A DNA stretch of 64,000 bases from Rhodothermales bacterium (GCA_965214485.1 CBDCBW010000002.1:107759-171758); one strand, 5' to 3'; counted from the first letter of the stretch, positions 9,392 to 18,560 are shown. Translations and numbers: made by a program. Notes: generated by a model from the sequence alone, not told the origin.

Positions 9392-11194
9392 TCAAACGAC
9401 CCCGGCGAGCTCCTCTTCGAGGAGCTGCTTCCGGTAGAGGTCGGCGTAGAGGCCGCCGAGCGCGACGAGCGCGTCGTGGTCGCCGCGCTCGGCCACCGCG
9501 CCGTCTTCGAGGACCAGGATTTGGTCGGCGTCCTGGACGGCCGAGAGGCGGTGGCTCACGACGACGATCGTGCGCTGCCCGTAGTGCCGCTTGAGGTGGC
9601 CGAGGATCGTCGCCTCGGTGCGGGTGTCGACCGCCGAGAGGGCGTCGTCGAAGATCAGGATGCGGGGCTCGCGGATGAGCGCGCGGGCGATCGCCGTGCG
9701 CTGCTTCTGCCCGCCCGAGAGCGTGATCCCGCGCTCGCCGACGCGCGTCTCGAACCCCTCGGGGAAGTCCTCGACGTTGGCGAGGAGGTCGGCTTCGAGC
9801 GCGGCCTGCTCGATCTCGGACGGCCCCGCGTCGAGCTCGCCGAAGGCGATGTTGTGGCCCACCGTGTCGGAGAACAGGAAGACCTCCTGCGGGACGACGC
9901 CGATGTTCGAGCGCAGCACGCCGAGCGGGATCGTCTGCACGTCGCGCCCGTCGACCTTAACGGTACCCTCGGTCGGCTCGGTCAGGCGCGGGATCAGCTC
10001 GACGAGCGTCGACTTGCCCGAGCCGGTCCGCCCGACGATGCCGAGCGTCGTCCCGGCGGGCACGTCGAACGAGAGGCCGCGCAGCACGTCCGGGCCCGCG
10101 TGGGTGTAGCGGTAGCTCACGTCGTCGAACGTGACCCGGCCCTCGATCTCCCGGACAGATCCGTCGGTCCGCTCGGTGTCGGTCACGTCGGGCGGCGTGT
10201 CGAGGATCTCGAAGAGGCGGCTCGCCGAGGCCGAGGCTTGCTGGACCATCGAAATCACGTAGCCGAACGACGCCACCGGCCACGTCATGATGGCGACGTA
10301 GATGATGTACTCGGCGATGTTGCCGAGGGTGATCGTCCCCTCGATCACGAGCCGCCCGCCGACCCACACGACCAGGATCGTGCTCGCGCCGATGAGGATC
10401 TGCATGACCGGGCGGAACGCCGCGTCGACGAGCGCGAGGTCGAGCGCGCGCCGCCGGTAGTCTGCGCTCTCGGCCTCGAAGCGCTCGGCCTCGAACGTCT
10501 CCCGCGTGTAGGCCTTCACCACGCGGACCCCCGCGAGCGCCTCCTGCACCCGGCTCGTGAGCGCCGAGTACTGCCGCTGCATCGCGTCGGTGCGGGCGTG
10601 GACGAGCCTCGAGACGAAGAAGATCGCCACGGCGAGCGCGGGCATCGGGAGCAGCGCCCACAGCGTCAGCACCGGCGAGATCAAGAGCATCACCACGAGG
10701 ACCGTGGCGACGGTGGTGACGGCGCGGACGGCGTACATGATCGCCGGGCCGACGTAGCGGCGGACCTTCTCGATGTCGCTCGTGGCGCGCGTCAGCACGT
10801 CGCCCGTCGCGGTCCGGTGGTAGAACCCGGCCGAGAGCTTCTGGAGGTGGTCGTAGAGCCGGTTGCGCAGGTCGTACTCGATGTGCCGGCTCGCGACCAC
10901 GACCGTCTGCCGCGTCAGAAACGAGAACACCCCACTGACGACCGAGAGCAGCACGATCGCCCCGCCGATGACGACGAGGGTGTAGGCGAAGTAGTCCCAC
11001 AGAAATCCCTCGACCGGCGTGCCGGCGTAGAGGCCGTGGACCGCCACCATCCGGGGGATCGCGTCCACGGCCTCGCGCACCACCACCGGCACGACGATCG
11101 CAAACCCCGCCGAGGCGAGGGCGGCGAGCAGGCCTGGAATCATCAGGCCCTTATACCGCCAGAGGTAGGGGTTGAGACGGCGAAGCGGGTGCAT
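9392..11194 (-). CDS. ABC exporter, fused permease/ATPase half-transporter (MdlA-like, degenerate Walker B)
   Basis: Walker A GRTGSGKST, canonical LSGGQKQR, Walker B ILIFDDALSAVD (Asp replaces the catalytic Glu), H-loop VVSHRLS. Confidence 0.9.
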   Translation of the reverse strand: MHPLRRLNPYLWRYKGLMIPGLLAALASAGFAIVVPVVVREAVDAIPRMVAVHGLYAGTPVEGFLWDYFAYTLVVIGGAIVLLSVVSGVFSFLTRQTVVVASRHIEYDLRNRLYDHLQKLSAGFYHRTATGDVLTRATSDIEKVRRYVGPAIMYAVRAVTTVATVLVVMLLISPVLTLWALLPMPALAVAIFFVSRLVHARTDAMQRQYSALTSRVQEALAGVRVVKAYTRETFEAERFEAESADYRRRALDLALVDAAFRPVMQILIGASTILVVWVGGRLVIEGTITLGNIAEYIIYVAIMTWPVASFGYVISMVQQASASASRLFEILDTPPDVTDTERTDGSVREIEGRVTFDDVSYRYTHAGPDVLRGLSFDVPAGTTLGIVGRTGSGKSTLVELIPRLTEPTEGTVKVDGRDVQTIPLGVLRSNIGVVPQEVFLFSDTVGHNIAFGELDAGPSEIEQAALEADLLANVEDFPEGFETRVGERGITLSGGQKQRTAIARALIREPRILIFDDALSAVDTRTEATILGHLKRHYGQRTIVVVSHRLSAVQDADQILVLEDGAVAERGDHDALVALGGLYADLYRKQLLEEELAGVV

Positions 11195-11270
11195 GCGGCG
11201 ACGGGTGACAGGGGCCTCTCCGAACGCCCCGGCCCGGCCCGTGATCCGCCGCCGGCCTCAGCCGCTGCCG

Positions 11271-12149
11271 TCAGCCGCCGACGACCTCGCCGCCGTTGAC
11301 GTGGATCGTCTGGCCGGTCACGTAGGTGCTGTCGGCGGAGGCGAGGAACACATAGGCCGGGGCGATCTCCTCCGGCTGCCCCGCCCGCTTGAGGGGCACA
11401 TCGGTCCCGAAGGCCGCCACCTTCTCCTCGCCGAACGACGCGGGGATCAGGGGCGTCCACACAGGGCCCGGCGCGACGGCGTTGACACGGACCTGTTTTT
11501 CGAGGACCTCCTTGTTTTTGGCGAGCGAGCGCGTGAACGCGATGATGGCCCCTTTCGTCGAGGCGTAGTCGAGCAGGTCGGGGCTGCCGCGAAACGCCGT
11601 CACCGAGGCCGTGTTGATCACGGCCCCGCCGGCGGGGAGGTGGTCCAGCGCCACCTTCGTCGTGAAGAAGTGGGCGAAGATGTTGGTGCGGAAGGTCGTC
11701 TCTAGCTGCTCCTCGGTGATGTCGGCGAGGCGGTCCTGCGGGAACTGCACCGCCGCGTTGTTGACGAGGACGTCGAGCCGGTCGAACGCCTCGACGGTCT
11801 CGTTGACGGCCCGGCGGCACTCGGCCTCCTGCCGGAGGTCGGCCTGGATGAGGAGGCACCGCGTCCCCTCCGCCTCGACGGCCTGCTTCGTCTGCTGCGC
11901 GTCGCGCTCTTCGTCGAGGTAGACGACGGCTACGTCGGCTCCCTCGCGCGCGAAGAGGACCGCGACGGCGCGGCCAATCCCGGAGTCGCCGCCGGTGACG
12001 AGGGCGGCCTTACCGTCGAGCTTGCCGGAGCCGGCGTAGTCTGGTTTCTCGTACGCCGGCTGGGGCGTCATCTCGTGCTCGTCGCCGGGCTGGTCGTCCT
12101 GGTGCTGCGGCGGGAAGGCGGTTTTCTGGTCGTTGGAGCCGTCGGACAT
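11271..12149 (-). CDS. SDR-family oxidoreductase (YghA/YhxC-like)
   Basis: TGGDSGIGRAVAVLFAREGADV Rossmann motif, NNAA, and a C-terminal GQTIHVNGG tail typical of classical SDRs. Confidence 0.85.
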   Translation of the reverse strand: MSDGSNDQKTAFPPQHQDDQPGDEHEMTPQPAYEKPDYAGSGKLDGKAALVTGGDSGIGRAVAVLFAREGADVAVVYLDEERDAQQTKQAVEAEGTRCLLIQADLRQEAECRRAVNETVEAFDRLDVLVNNAAVQFPQDRLADITEEQLETTFRTNIFAHFFTTKVALDHLPAGGAVINTASVTAFRGSPDLLDYASTKGAIIAFTRSLAKNKEVLEKQVRVNAVAPGPVWTPLIPASFGEEKVAAFGTDVPLKRAGQPEEIAPAYVFLASADSTYVTGQTIHVNGGEVVGG

Positions 12150-12221
12150 GGGGGGAGGGGTAGGCGCAGCCCCACCGGGGTGTGGCCGCGCAGGCGAGAG
12201 AAAGAGGGGGCACCGATGACG

Positions 12222-12413
12222 CTAGCTCTCGTCATCGGCATGCTCGGGCAGGTCGTCGTGCCTCGTGGCGGCGAGGTCTTCGAGTTCGGCCTCGGTCATC
12301 GAGTCGTGCATCTCCTTCGAGGCACCCTTGAGTTCGGACGGGTTGGTCTGACCGCGCTTGGCGGACAGGGCAGCCCCGGCAGCCTTCTGCTGGGCTTTGG
12401 AAGTGGCAGCCAT
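12222..12413 (-). CDS. DUF3008-family small protein
   Basis: The 63-aa MAATSKAQQKAAGAALSAKRGQTNPSELKGASKEMHDSMTEAELEDLA matches the DUF3008 pattern as recalled. Confidence 0.7.
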   Translation of the reverse strand: MAATSKAQQKAAGAALSAKRGQTNPSELKGASKEMHDSMTEAELEDLAATRHDDLPEHADDES

Positions 12414-12953
12414 GACGAAAAGGTTAGAGGCTGTTCGGGAGTCCCTATCGCGGGCTACGAGCGGCTGCCAAACGTCCCTTCGGCGCGGCGCTCGTCGCTT
12501 CGGCCTCTGGCTTCTCGCGCGCCTGGACGGGCTCGTTGCGCGCTCGAAGTCCGAACAGTTTCTTGAAGGGTTGAAGAGGAAAGACCGGTGCGAGAAAGGG
12601 ACGACCGGTGAGAGTAGAAGTGCGCCCTTTTAACCTGCTCCCCGCAGGCGGCAGTTCCGCTGTTCCACCCCTGATTCCACTCACGGGGAAACCCCTGCTG
12701 CGTCTCGGCGGCCGGTGCCTCGGGGAGGCAACCTGGACGCAAGGGCTGGAGGCCCCGCCCCCGGAGCGAACCTGAGAGGGCGTTGCGCTTCAGGTGCTCG
12801 GGCTGCGCGGGGCGTGCCACGCCCTGTCTGAGGTAGTGTCTAAGCAGACCGGGACCTGGCTCGCGGGTCGCCGGCAGCGCAGACACGCCGCGCCGCCGGC
12901 TTTCCTAACGAGGAGCAGCCCCGGCGCGCAATGACGTACGCTCGGCTCGGCCC

Positions 12954-13235
12954 CTAGCCCGCCACCTCGACGCCGCGCCAGAACGCGACGTGGTCTTTGA
13001 TCTCGGCGGCGGCCTCCTTCGGCGCGGGGTACGCCCACGCCGCGTTCTCATTGGTCTCGCCGCCGGCCTCGACCGAGTAGTAGCTCGCCTCGCCCTTCCA
13101 CGGGCAGGTCGTGCGGTGGTCGCTCGGGCGGAGGTGCTCGCGGCGGAGTGCGCCGGGCGGGAAGTAGTGGTTGCCTTCGATGACGATCGTGTCGTCGCTC
13201 TCGGCGAGGACGGTGCCGTTCCAGGTGGCTTTCAT
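12954..13235 (-). CDS. DUF427 domain protein
   Basis: MKATWNGTVLAESDDTIVIEGNHYFPP...CPWKGEASYYSV is the characteristic DUF427 sequence. Confidence 0.8.
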   Translation of the reverse strand: MKATWNGTVLAESDDTIVIEGNHYFPPGALRREHLRPSDHRTTCPWKGEASYYSVEAGGETNENAAWAYPAPKEAAAEIKDHVAFWRGVEVAG

Positions 13236-13362
13236 GGGGAGGTAGGGGCTAGAGACTGTGTGGCGAGGCGTAGAGACCGTGCGGCAAACTGATTTCGTTT
13301 GGCGAGGCTGATTCCGGACGGCGAGCGGCTGCGCGTGCGCTCGGGCCGGCCCCGGAGCGTTC

Positions 13363-13650
13363 CTAGACTCGCACGCCGCGTACCCCGTCGGCGAGGTCGC
13401 CGGGGGCGGGGAGCACGCAGACCGCGTCGGTGCGGAAGGGGTCGAGGACGATCGTGAGGTACTGGTACGTTTCGAAGCGCCCGGGCGTTCGGTTGAACTG
13501 CCGGGCGACGGCGGCGCAGAGCACGGCGTAGGCCGCCGGCCCTACGAGAACCGTGCGCGGCTCGAGGCCGTCGTGCTGAAGGGCGCGCACCTGCTCGTCG
13601 ATGAAGGCGAGCACGCCGTCGGGCGTGGCGGTGGTTTCGAGGACCGTCAT
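13363..13650 (-). CDS. Hypothetical protein (95 aa)
   Basis: High third-position GC and a clean ATG. No family recognised. Confidence 0.5.
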   Translation of the reverse strand: MTVLETTATPDGVLAFIDEQVRALQHDGLEPRTVLVGPAAYAVLCAAVARQFNRTPGRFETYQYLTIVLDPFRTDAVCVLPAPGDLADGVRGVRV

Positions 13651-13696
13651 TCGATTGGGGATTTCTGATGGGGGGGTGGGGATGGGACGGCGGGCC

Positions 13697-13736
13697 GAGT
13701 AGCTTGCGCCCTCCGAGAGTAGCTTGCGCCCTCCGA
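13697..13736. repeat. Perfect 20-bp tandem duplication (gagtagcttgcgccctccga x2) in a divergent promoter region
   Basis: Read directly. It lies between the starts at 13650 (-) and 13767 (+). Confidence 0.9.
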
Positions 13737-13766
13737 GATCGGCAATCTAAAATCCAAAGTCGCCCG

Positions 13767-14603
13767 ATGCAGCACGACGCCGGCACGCTCCGCACCGACG
13801 ACGGCCTGACGCTCGCCACGCGGCGCTGGATGCCGCACGACAGCCCGGCGGCGGCGGTCGTGATCGTCCACGGCCTCGGCGACCACAGCGGGCGGTTCGC
13901 GCACGTCGCGGCCCACCTGATGCTGCACGACGCCTCGGTCTACGCCCTCGACCTGCGCGGGCACGGGCGCTCGGAGGGCGAGCCGCGGGCCTACGCCGAG
14001 TCGTTCGACGACTACGTCGGCGACCTCGCGCTTTTCCTGCGCCACGTCCGGGAGGACGCGGCGCAGCCGCTCTTCGTACTCGGCCACTCGCTCGGCGGGC
14101 TGCTGGCGGCGCGCTACGTGACCGCCCACGGCACGGGCAGGCTGGCGGGCCTGGTGCTCTCCTCGGCGGCGCTGCAACTCCCGAGCGACCTGGCTCCGCT
14201 GCTCCGAAAGGCCGCCGGCCTCCTCAGCCGCCTCGCGCCCACGCTGCCGACCAGGCGCATCCCCACGGCCTACCTCTCGCAGGACCCCGGCGTGGTGCGG
14301 GGCTACGAGCAGGACCCGCTCGTCGAGACCGGGGGCGTCCGCGCCCGCGTGGGCCACGAGATGCTGCAGACGATCAGGCTCGTCCGGGAGCACGCCGGCG
14401 CGTTCACGCTGCCGCTCTACCTCTTCCACGGCACCGCCGACCGGATCACCGACCCGGCGGGCAGCCGCTGGCTCTACGAGCACGCCCCGAGCGAGGACAA
14501 GACCCTCCGGCTCTACGACGGCTTCTACCACGAGACGATGAACGAGCCCGATCGCGGGCGCGTGCTCACCGACCTCACCGACTGGCTGTCCGAGCGCGTT
14601 TGA
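13767..14603 (+). CDS. Alpha/beta hydrolase (lysophospholipase / monoacylglycerol lipase-like)
   Basis: VVIVHGLGDHSGRF..DLRGHGRSEG..VLGHSLGG nucleophile elbow. The ATG at 13767 is preferred to 13668. Confidence 0.85.
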   Translation: MQHDAGTLRTDDGLTLATRRWMPHDSPAAAVVIVHGLGDHSGRFAHVAAHLMLHDASVYALDLRGHGRSEGEPRAYAESFDDYVGDLALFLRHVREDAAQPLFVLGHSLGGLLAARYVTAHGTGRLAGLVLSSAALQLPSDLAPLLRKAAGLLSRLAPTLPTRRIPTAYLSQDPGVVRGYEQDPLVETGGVRARVGHEMLQTIRLVREHAGAFTLPLYLFHGTADRITDPAGSRWLYEHAPSEDKTLRLYDGFYHETMNEPDRGRVLTDLTDWLSERV

Positions 14604-14760
14604 CGCGTCTCGCCGGAACCCCTCCGTTCCGCCCTCGGCGCGCATCGAGGCGCTGCGCGGTCTTTGCCCAAGCTCCACGCATCGGTCGGGCTTCTCCGCT
14701 GCGGAGGCGGTAGGTTCCGGCATCGCACCCATCGTTCCCGCACACGCAACCCCGACTCCT

Positions 14761-14961
14761 GTGAGCAGAGGCATTGTGACCACCTTTGACGCCCGGCGCG
14801 GCGTCGGCTACGTCCGCCACACCGAAGGCAGCACCCTCGTCCCGTTCTCGGCGCGCGACATCCACGGCGAGACGCCCGGCCTGGGCGACCCGGTCGAGTA
14901 CACCGTCGTCGGCGGCAAAGCCGGCGTGGCGGCCAAGCAGGTCCGCCGCGTCGGCTCGTAG
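14761..14961 (+). CDS. Cold-shock-domain-like small protein (degenerate RNP motifs)
   Basis: GTG start. GIVTTFDARRGVGYVRHTEGSTLVPFSARDI..GDPVEYTVV follows the CSD layout, but RNP1/RNP2 aromatics are partly lost. Confidence 0.55.
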   Translation: MSRGIVTTFDARRGVGYVRHTEGSTLVPFSARDIHGETPGLGDPVEYTVVGGKAGVAAKQVRRVGS

Positions 14962-15004
14962 CGGCCCGCCTCCGCGCTCCTTCTTTCCAACCGAATCCTT
15001 CCGA

Positions 15005-15034
15005 AGCCCCGGTTGCCGCTCGGCGACCGGGGCT
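15005..15034. terminator. Terminator-like hairpin
   Basis: agccccggt / 12-nt loop / accggggct followed by ttggtgtct. It lies downstream of the CSD-like gene. Confidence 0.5.
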
Positions 15035-15084
15035 TTGGTGTCTCCGGGGCTTCGGTGTCTCATACCATTTCTCCGAACTAATGA

Positions 15085-15167
15085 GTCATCCCCGCGCAGG
15101 CGGGAATCCATAGGGCGAGGGCGCGTGGCTCAACCCTCGCATGGTTCCCCGCCTGCGCGGGGATGAC
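15085..15167. repeat. Inverted pair of a 25-nt palindromic element flanking a third hairpin (REP-like)
   Basis: gtcatccccgcgcaggcgggaatcc (15085-15109) and ggttccccgcctgcgcggggatgac (15143-15167) are reverse complements. The central hairpin is gcgaggg..ccctcgc. Confidence 0.8.
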
Positions 15168-15234
15168 TTGACGTGGAGGACGGCGCACAAACTCAGCGAT
15201 TTGGTATCGGGCGGGTCTCGGGTAGCAACGGAGC

Positions 15235-17799
15235 CTATTTCAGGACCACCACCTTCTGGCCGGCCGCGAACGACTCGCCGGTGACCCGGACGAGGTAGAC
15301 GCCGCCGGCGAGTGCGGTGCCGTCGACGCGCAGCGTCTGGGCGACGCCCGCCGGGACGGGCCCGTCGAAGAGCGTCTGGACGCGCCGCCCGAGCAGGTCT
15401 ACGACCTCGGCGCGGACCACCTGCGCCTCGCGCACGGCGAAGCGCACCGCCGTCGCCCCGGCGAACGGGTTGGGAAAGGCCGGCTCGATCCGGTAGGCCT
15501 CGGCGAGCGCGGCGTCGTCCTCGGTGCTCGTCGAGTTGTCGGTGTAGAAGAGCAGCGCCCACTGCACGAGGCTGCCGGTGTCCTGCCCGGCCCCGTCGCA
15601 GACGCGGAGCGTCCACGTCCCCTGCACGGCCTCCCCGGCGAAGTCCGAGAGCGGGTCCGCGCCGGCGGTGCCGGGCTGCCCCGCTTCGGTCCGGCCCTCC
15701 ACGTCGTAGAACGGCGCGCCGGCGTCGTGGTCCGTGTCGCTGCCGAAGACCCCCGCCGCGCCGGTGTCGCTGAAGAGCGCGTCGAGGTCGTCGGCGCTCG
15801 TCCCGAAGGTGCCGGTGCCGGGGCGGTCGAGGAGGTTCACCACCGTGCCCTCGGGGCTCCGGAGCTGGAGGCGGAGGTCGCCCCGGTAGCTGTGCTCGAT
15901 CGTCACGCCGACCTTCATGCTGACCGGGGCGAAGCTGTCGCTCACGTCGAGCGTGCTGCTCTGGAAGGCGGGGCAGCCGCCGTCGTCGATGCCGAAGCCG
16001 GCCTCGTTGGCGTAAAAGAAACTCGGTGCGACGAACACGTCGATGACGGCGCGGGGGCGCAGCGGGAAGGCGAGGCTCGGGTGGCTCACGACGGCCTCGT
16101 TCGTGACCGGCACGCCGGGCGCGTCCTCGGCCACCGCGACGTCGAAGGAGAGCGTCTCCGAGCCGCCGTCGCCCACGTCGACGATCCACCCGACGGTGCC
16201 GTCCTCCGCGGCGGCCTCGCCCGCCGAGAAGACGAGGTTGCCCGCGAACGAGAGGTTCTCCGGGAGCACATTCTCGAACCTCACGGCCTCGCCCGTCTCG
16301 GTGCCGCCGTTGAAGACCTCGACCGTGATCGTGGTGGTCTCGCCCGGCGAGACGGACGCGGGGCCGGCCTCCATCACGGCGAGGAGCTGGACCGGGCCGG
16401 GCGGGGTGCCCGCCTCCCTCCCGTCGATGAACGGCGCGCCGGTGTTGCCGGGGTCGAGGAAGGCCTCGGCCCCGGTGGTCATGTTGCGCGCCATGCGGCC
16501 GTACCAGTCCGCAGTCTGGCTCGAGCACGAGGCGAAGCCGCCCGAGAGCTGCCCGACGACGCGCTTCTCGGGGCTGAACAGCGGCGAGCCCGACGAGCCC
16601 GGCTCGGTCGTGCCGAGGTCCCAGTCGGTGACCTTGAGGTGGGTGCCGGCGGGGTTGCCCGCGTTGCCCAGGTACGAGTCGACCGAGGTCGGGTCGTTCT
16701 CGAACGAGATGCGCTTCTCCTCGACCTGCGGGTGGTGGACGGCCACCGCGCTCGGCGTCGCCTGGTCGCGGCGGTCCCAGCCGTTGAGCCAGACGCTGTA
16801 CTCCGGCGGGATCGGGTCGTCGGTCTCGAGCAGGGTCCAGTCCGGGCCGCCGGAGGTGCCGCCGCCGGAGGTGCCTCGGAGGACGGTGCCCGAGCTGAAC
16901 TGGTCGAGCCGGCCGTCGCCGCTGCCGCCACTCGCGGGCGAGCCGGGCCGGCGGCAGGTCGAGTTCTCGTAGTTCCAGTAGATCACGACGCTGGCGGCGT
17001 TGCCGGCGGTGTTGCCGCAGTGGTCGGCGGTGAGGAAGTAGGGCGTGCCGTCGCCGGCGGTGTTGTTCATCGCCGAGCCGCTGCAGATGTCGGTGCCGCT
17101 GCGGGTGTAGGCCCCGACCGAGCGGATGATGTCGCGGTAGCCGTTGCCCTCGGGGCAGGCCACGTCGACGTTGCACGAGCCGGAGCGGGCGAGGTCCGTC
17201 TCGTTCCACGCCGCGCGCTCGATCCCGAAGGGCCGGTACGCGTGGTTGACGCGCCCGATCTCGAACTCGTAGTCCGCCGCCTCGGACGGCTTCGCCTCGG
17301 GCAGGTTGAGCTCGACCACGATCTCGTCGCCGCGCACGACCGGGGTCCACAGCTCGCCGTGGGTTTCGTTGTCGGCGTCGGTGAAGGCGCGGACGTGTGG
17401 GGCCTCGCCGGCGGGATAAAGCCAGAGCGTCGCCGCCGGGGGCAGCCGGAACCGGCTGAAGCCGAGGTTCACCGAGTACGCCCCGGGCGAGGCGATGCGA
17501 AGCCGCCACACGCGCGAGCCGTCGGCGAGCGTCTCCCACGTCCCGGCGCTCCGGGCGGAGGCGGCGACCTCGAACGGCTCGGCGAAGCGGAGCGGGCCGA
17601 GCGTGCCGTCGGCCCGCTGCGCGTCGCGGGCGACGAGCGCGTCGTTGTCGACGGCGGGCATCGTGAGCCGCGCCACGGCGTCGAGCGGGAGCGCCTCGGC
17701 CGCGCGGAGCGACGCGGGCCGGGACGCCGCCTGCTGAGCCGGCGTCGGGAGGGCGAGCAGGAGCACACCTGCCGCGAGTAGGGCGTAGCGGTACGTCAT
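15235..17799 (-). CDS. Secreted trypsin-fold (S1, lysyl-endopeptidase-like) serine protease with proprotein-convertase P-domain and T9SS CTD
   Basis: Signal peptide MTYRYALLAAGVLLLALPTPAQQ. FLTADHCGN (His) and EPGSSGSPLF (Ser). P-domain IEHSYRGDLRLQLRSPEGT...GTWTLRVCDGAGQDTGSLVQWALLF. CTD AFPNPFAGATAVRF..VDLLGRRVQTLF..GVYLVRV. Confidence 0.8.
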   Translation of the reverse strand: MTYRYALLAAGVLLLALPTPAQQAASRPASLRAAEALPLDAVARLTMPAVDNDALVARDAQRADGTLGPLRFAEPFEVAASARSAGTWETLADGSRVWRLRIASPGAYSVNLGFSRFRLPPAATLWLYPAGEAPHVRAFTDADNETHGELWTPVVRGDEIVVELNLPEAKPSEAADYEFEIGRVNHAYRPFGIERAAWNETDLARSGSCNVDVACPEGNGYRDIIRSVGAYTRSGTDICSGSAMNNTAGDGTPYFLTADHCGNTAGNAASVVIYWNYENSTCRRPGSPASGGSGDGRLDQFSSGTVLRGTSGGGTSGGPDWTLLETDDPIPPEYSVWLNGWDRRDQATPSAVAVHHPQVEEKRISFENDPTSVDSYLGNAGNPAGTHLKVTDWDLGTTEPGSSGSPLFSPEKRVVGQLSGGFASCSSQTADWYGRMARNMTTGAEAFLDPGNTGAPFIDGREAGTPPGPVQLLAVMEAGPASVSPGETTTITVEVFNGGTETGEAVRFENVLPENLSFAGNLVFSAGEAAAEDGTVGWIVDVGDGGSETLSFDVAVAEDAPGVPVTNEAVVSHPSLAFPLRPRAVIDVFVAPSFFYANEAGFGIDDGGCPAFQSSTLDVSDSFAPVSMKVGVTIEHSYRGDLRLQLRSPEGTVVNLLDRPGTGTFGTSADDLDALFSDTGAAGVFGSDTDHDAGAPFYDVEGRTEAGQPGTAGADPLSDFAGEAVQGTWTLRVCDGAGQDTGSLVQWALLFYTDNSTSTEDDAALAEAYRIEPAFPNPFAGATAVRFAVREAQVVRAEVVDLLGRRVQTLFDGPVPAGVAQTLRVDGTALAGGVYLVRVTGESFAAGQKVVVLK

Positions 17800-17894
17800 G
17801 GAGGCGAAGGGGCTAGGGGGACGGAGGGGCCGGCGGAATATCCTCCCTCTTCGCCCGATCTCCAAATGGGCTCGTCACTCGCGCCCGCCGCGCC

Positions 17895-18560
17895 TCACTC
17901 CACCCACACGGCGACCTCGCCCAGCGGCTTCCGCTCCAAGTCCGGCACCTCCGCGTCGGCAGCGGGAAAGCCGACCGGGAAGAGGATGTAGGGCCGCTCG
18001 TTCCCAGGCCGCCCGAGAATCTCGTTCAGGAAGCGCATCGGGCTGGGCGTGTGCGTCAGCGTGGCGAGACCCATCCGGTGGAGCGCCGCGATGAAGAACC
18101 CGGCGGCGATGCCGCAGCTCTCCTGCACGTAATAGTGCTTCTGCTTCTCCCCCGCCTCGTCCACGCCCGTGCTCTGGGCGAAGAGCACGACGACCCAGGG
18201 CACCGTCTCCAGGAACGGCTTCCGCCAGTCCGTCCCGATCGGCGCGAGGGCGTCGAGCCACTCGGCCGTCGCGCGCTCGGCGTAAAACGCGCGCTCCTCC
18301 TCCTCGGCGGCTTCGCGGATGCGCCGCTTGACCTCCGCGTCGCCGACGGCGACGAACGTCCACGGCTGCTTGTGCGCCCCGCTCGGGGCCGTGCTCGCCG
18401 TCCGGATCGCCAGCTCGACCAGCCGGCGCGGCACCGGGCGGGCGGTGAAGTCGCGGACGGAGCGGCGGCGGTCGAGGTCGCGGTAGAACGCCTCGGCGCG
18501 GGCCAGCATTTCTTCGTCGGGATAGCTGGAGAAGTCGAGCGGGATGCAGGAAAAAGGCAT
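17895..18560 (-). CDS. Iodotyrosine-deiodinase-like nitroreductase (flavin-dependent dehalogenase homologue)
   Basis: [58 protein letters not shown] aligns closely with animal IYD as recalled. The ATG at 18560 is preferred to 18644. Confidence 0.75.
   Translation of the reverse strand: MPFSCIPLDFSSYPDEEMLARAEAFYRDLDRRRSVRDFTARPVPRRLVELAIRTASTAPSGAHKQPWTFVAVGDAEVKRRIREAAEEEERAFYAERATAEWLDALAPIGTDWRKPFLETVPWVVVLFAQSTGVDEAGEKQKHYYVQESCGIAAGFFIAALHRMGLATLTHTPSPMRFLNEILGRPGNERPYILFPVGFPAADAEVPDLERKPLGEVAVWVE

Noticed and set aside
12570-12870. Possible RNase P RNA or cobalamin riboswitch, suggested by gaggaaagaccggtgcg, ggggaaacccc and agggacgaccggtgagag.
   Set aside because: The CR-V/P4 3' strand (acagaacccggctta-like) is missing on the same strand. 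The B12-box and GCCACUG-type core are not present in the proper order. A plus-strand riboswitch would have no downstream plus-strand gene. The region is kept only as an unassigned structured spacer.
15085-15167. Resemblance of ggttccccgcctgcgcggggatgac to type I-E CRISPR repeats (GTTCCCCGCGCCAGCGGGGATAAACC class).
   Set aside because: Only two adjacent copies exist and they are in inverted orientation. A single 33-bp segment lies between them and is itself a hairpin. The third copy is 7.8 kb away. There are no cas genes and no regular repeat-spacer periodicity.
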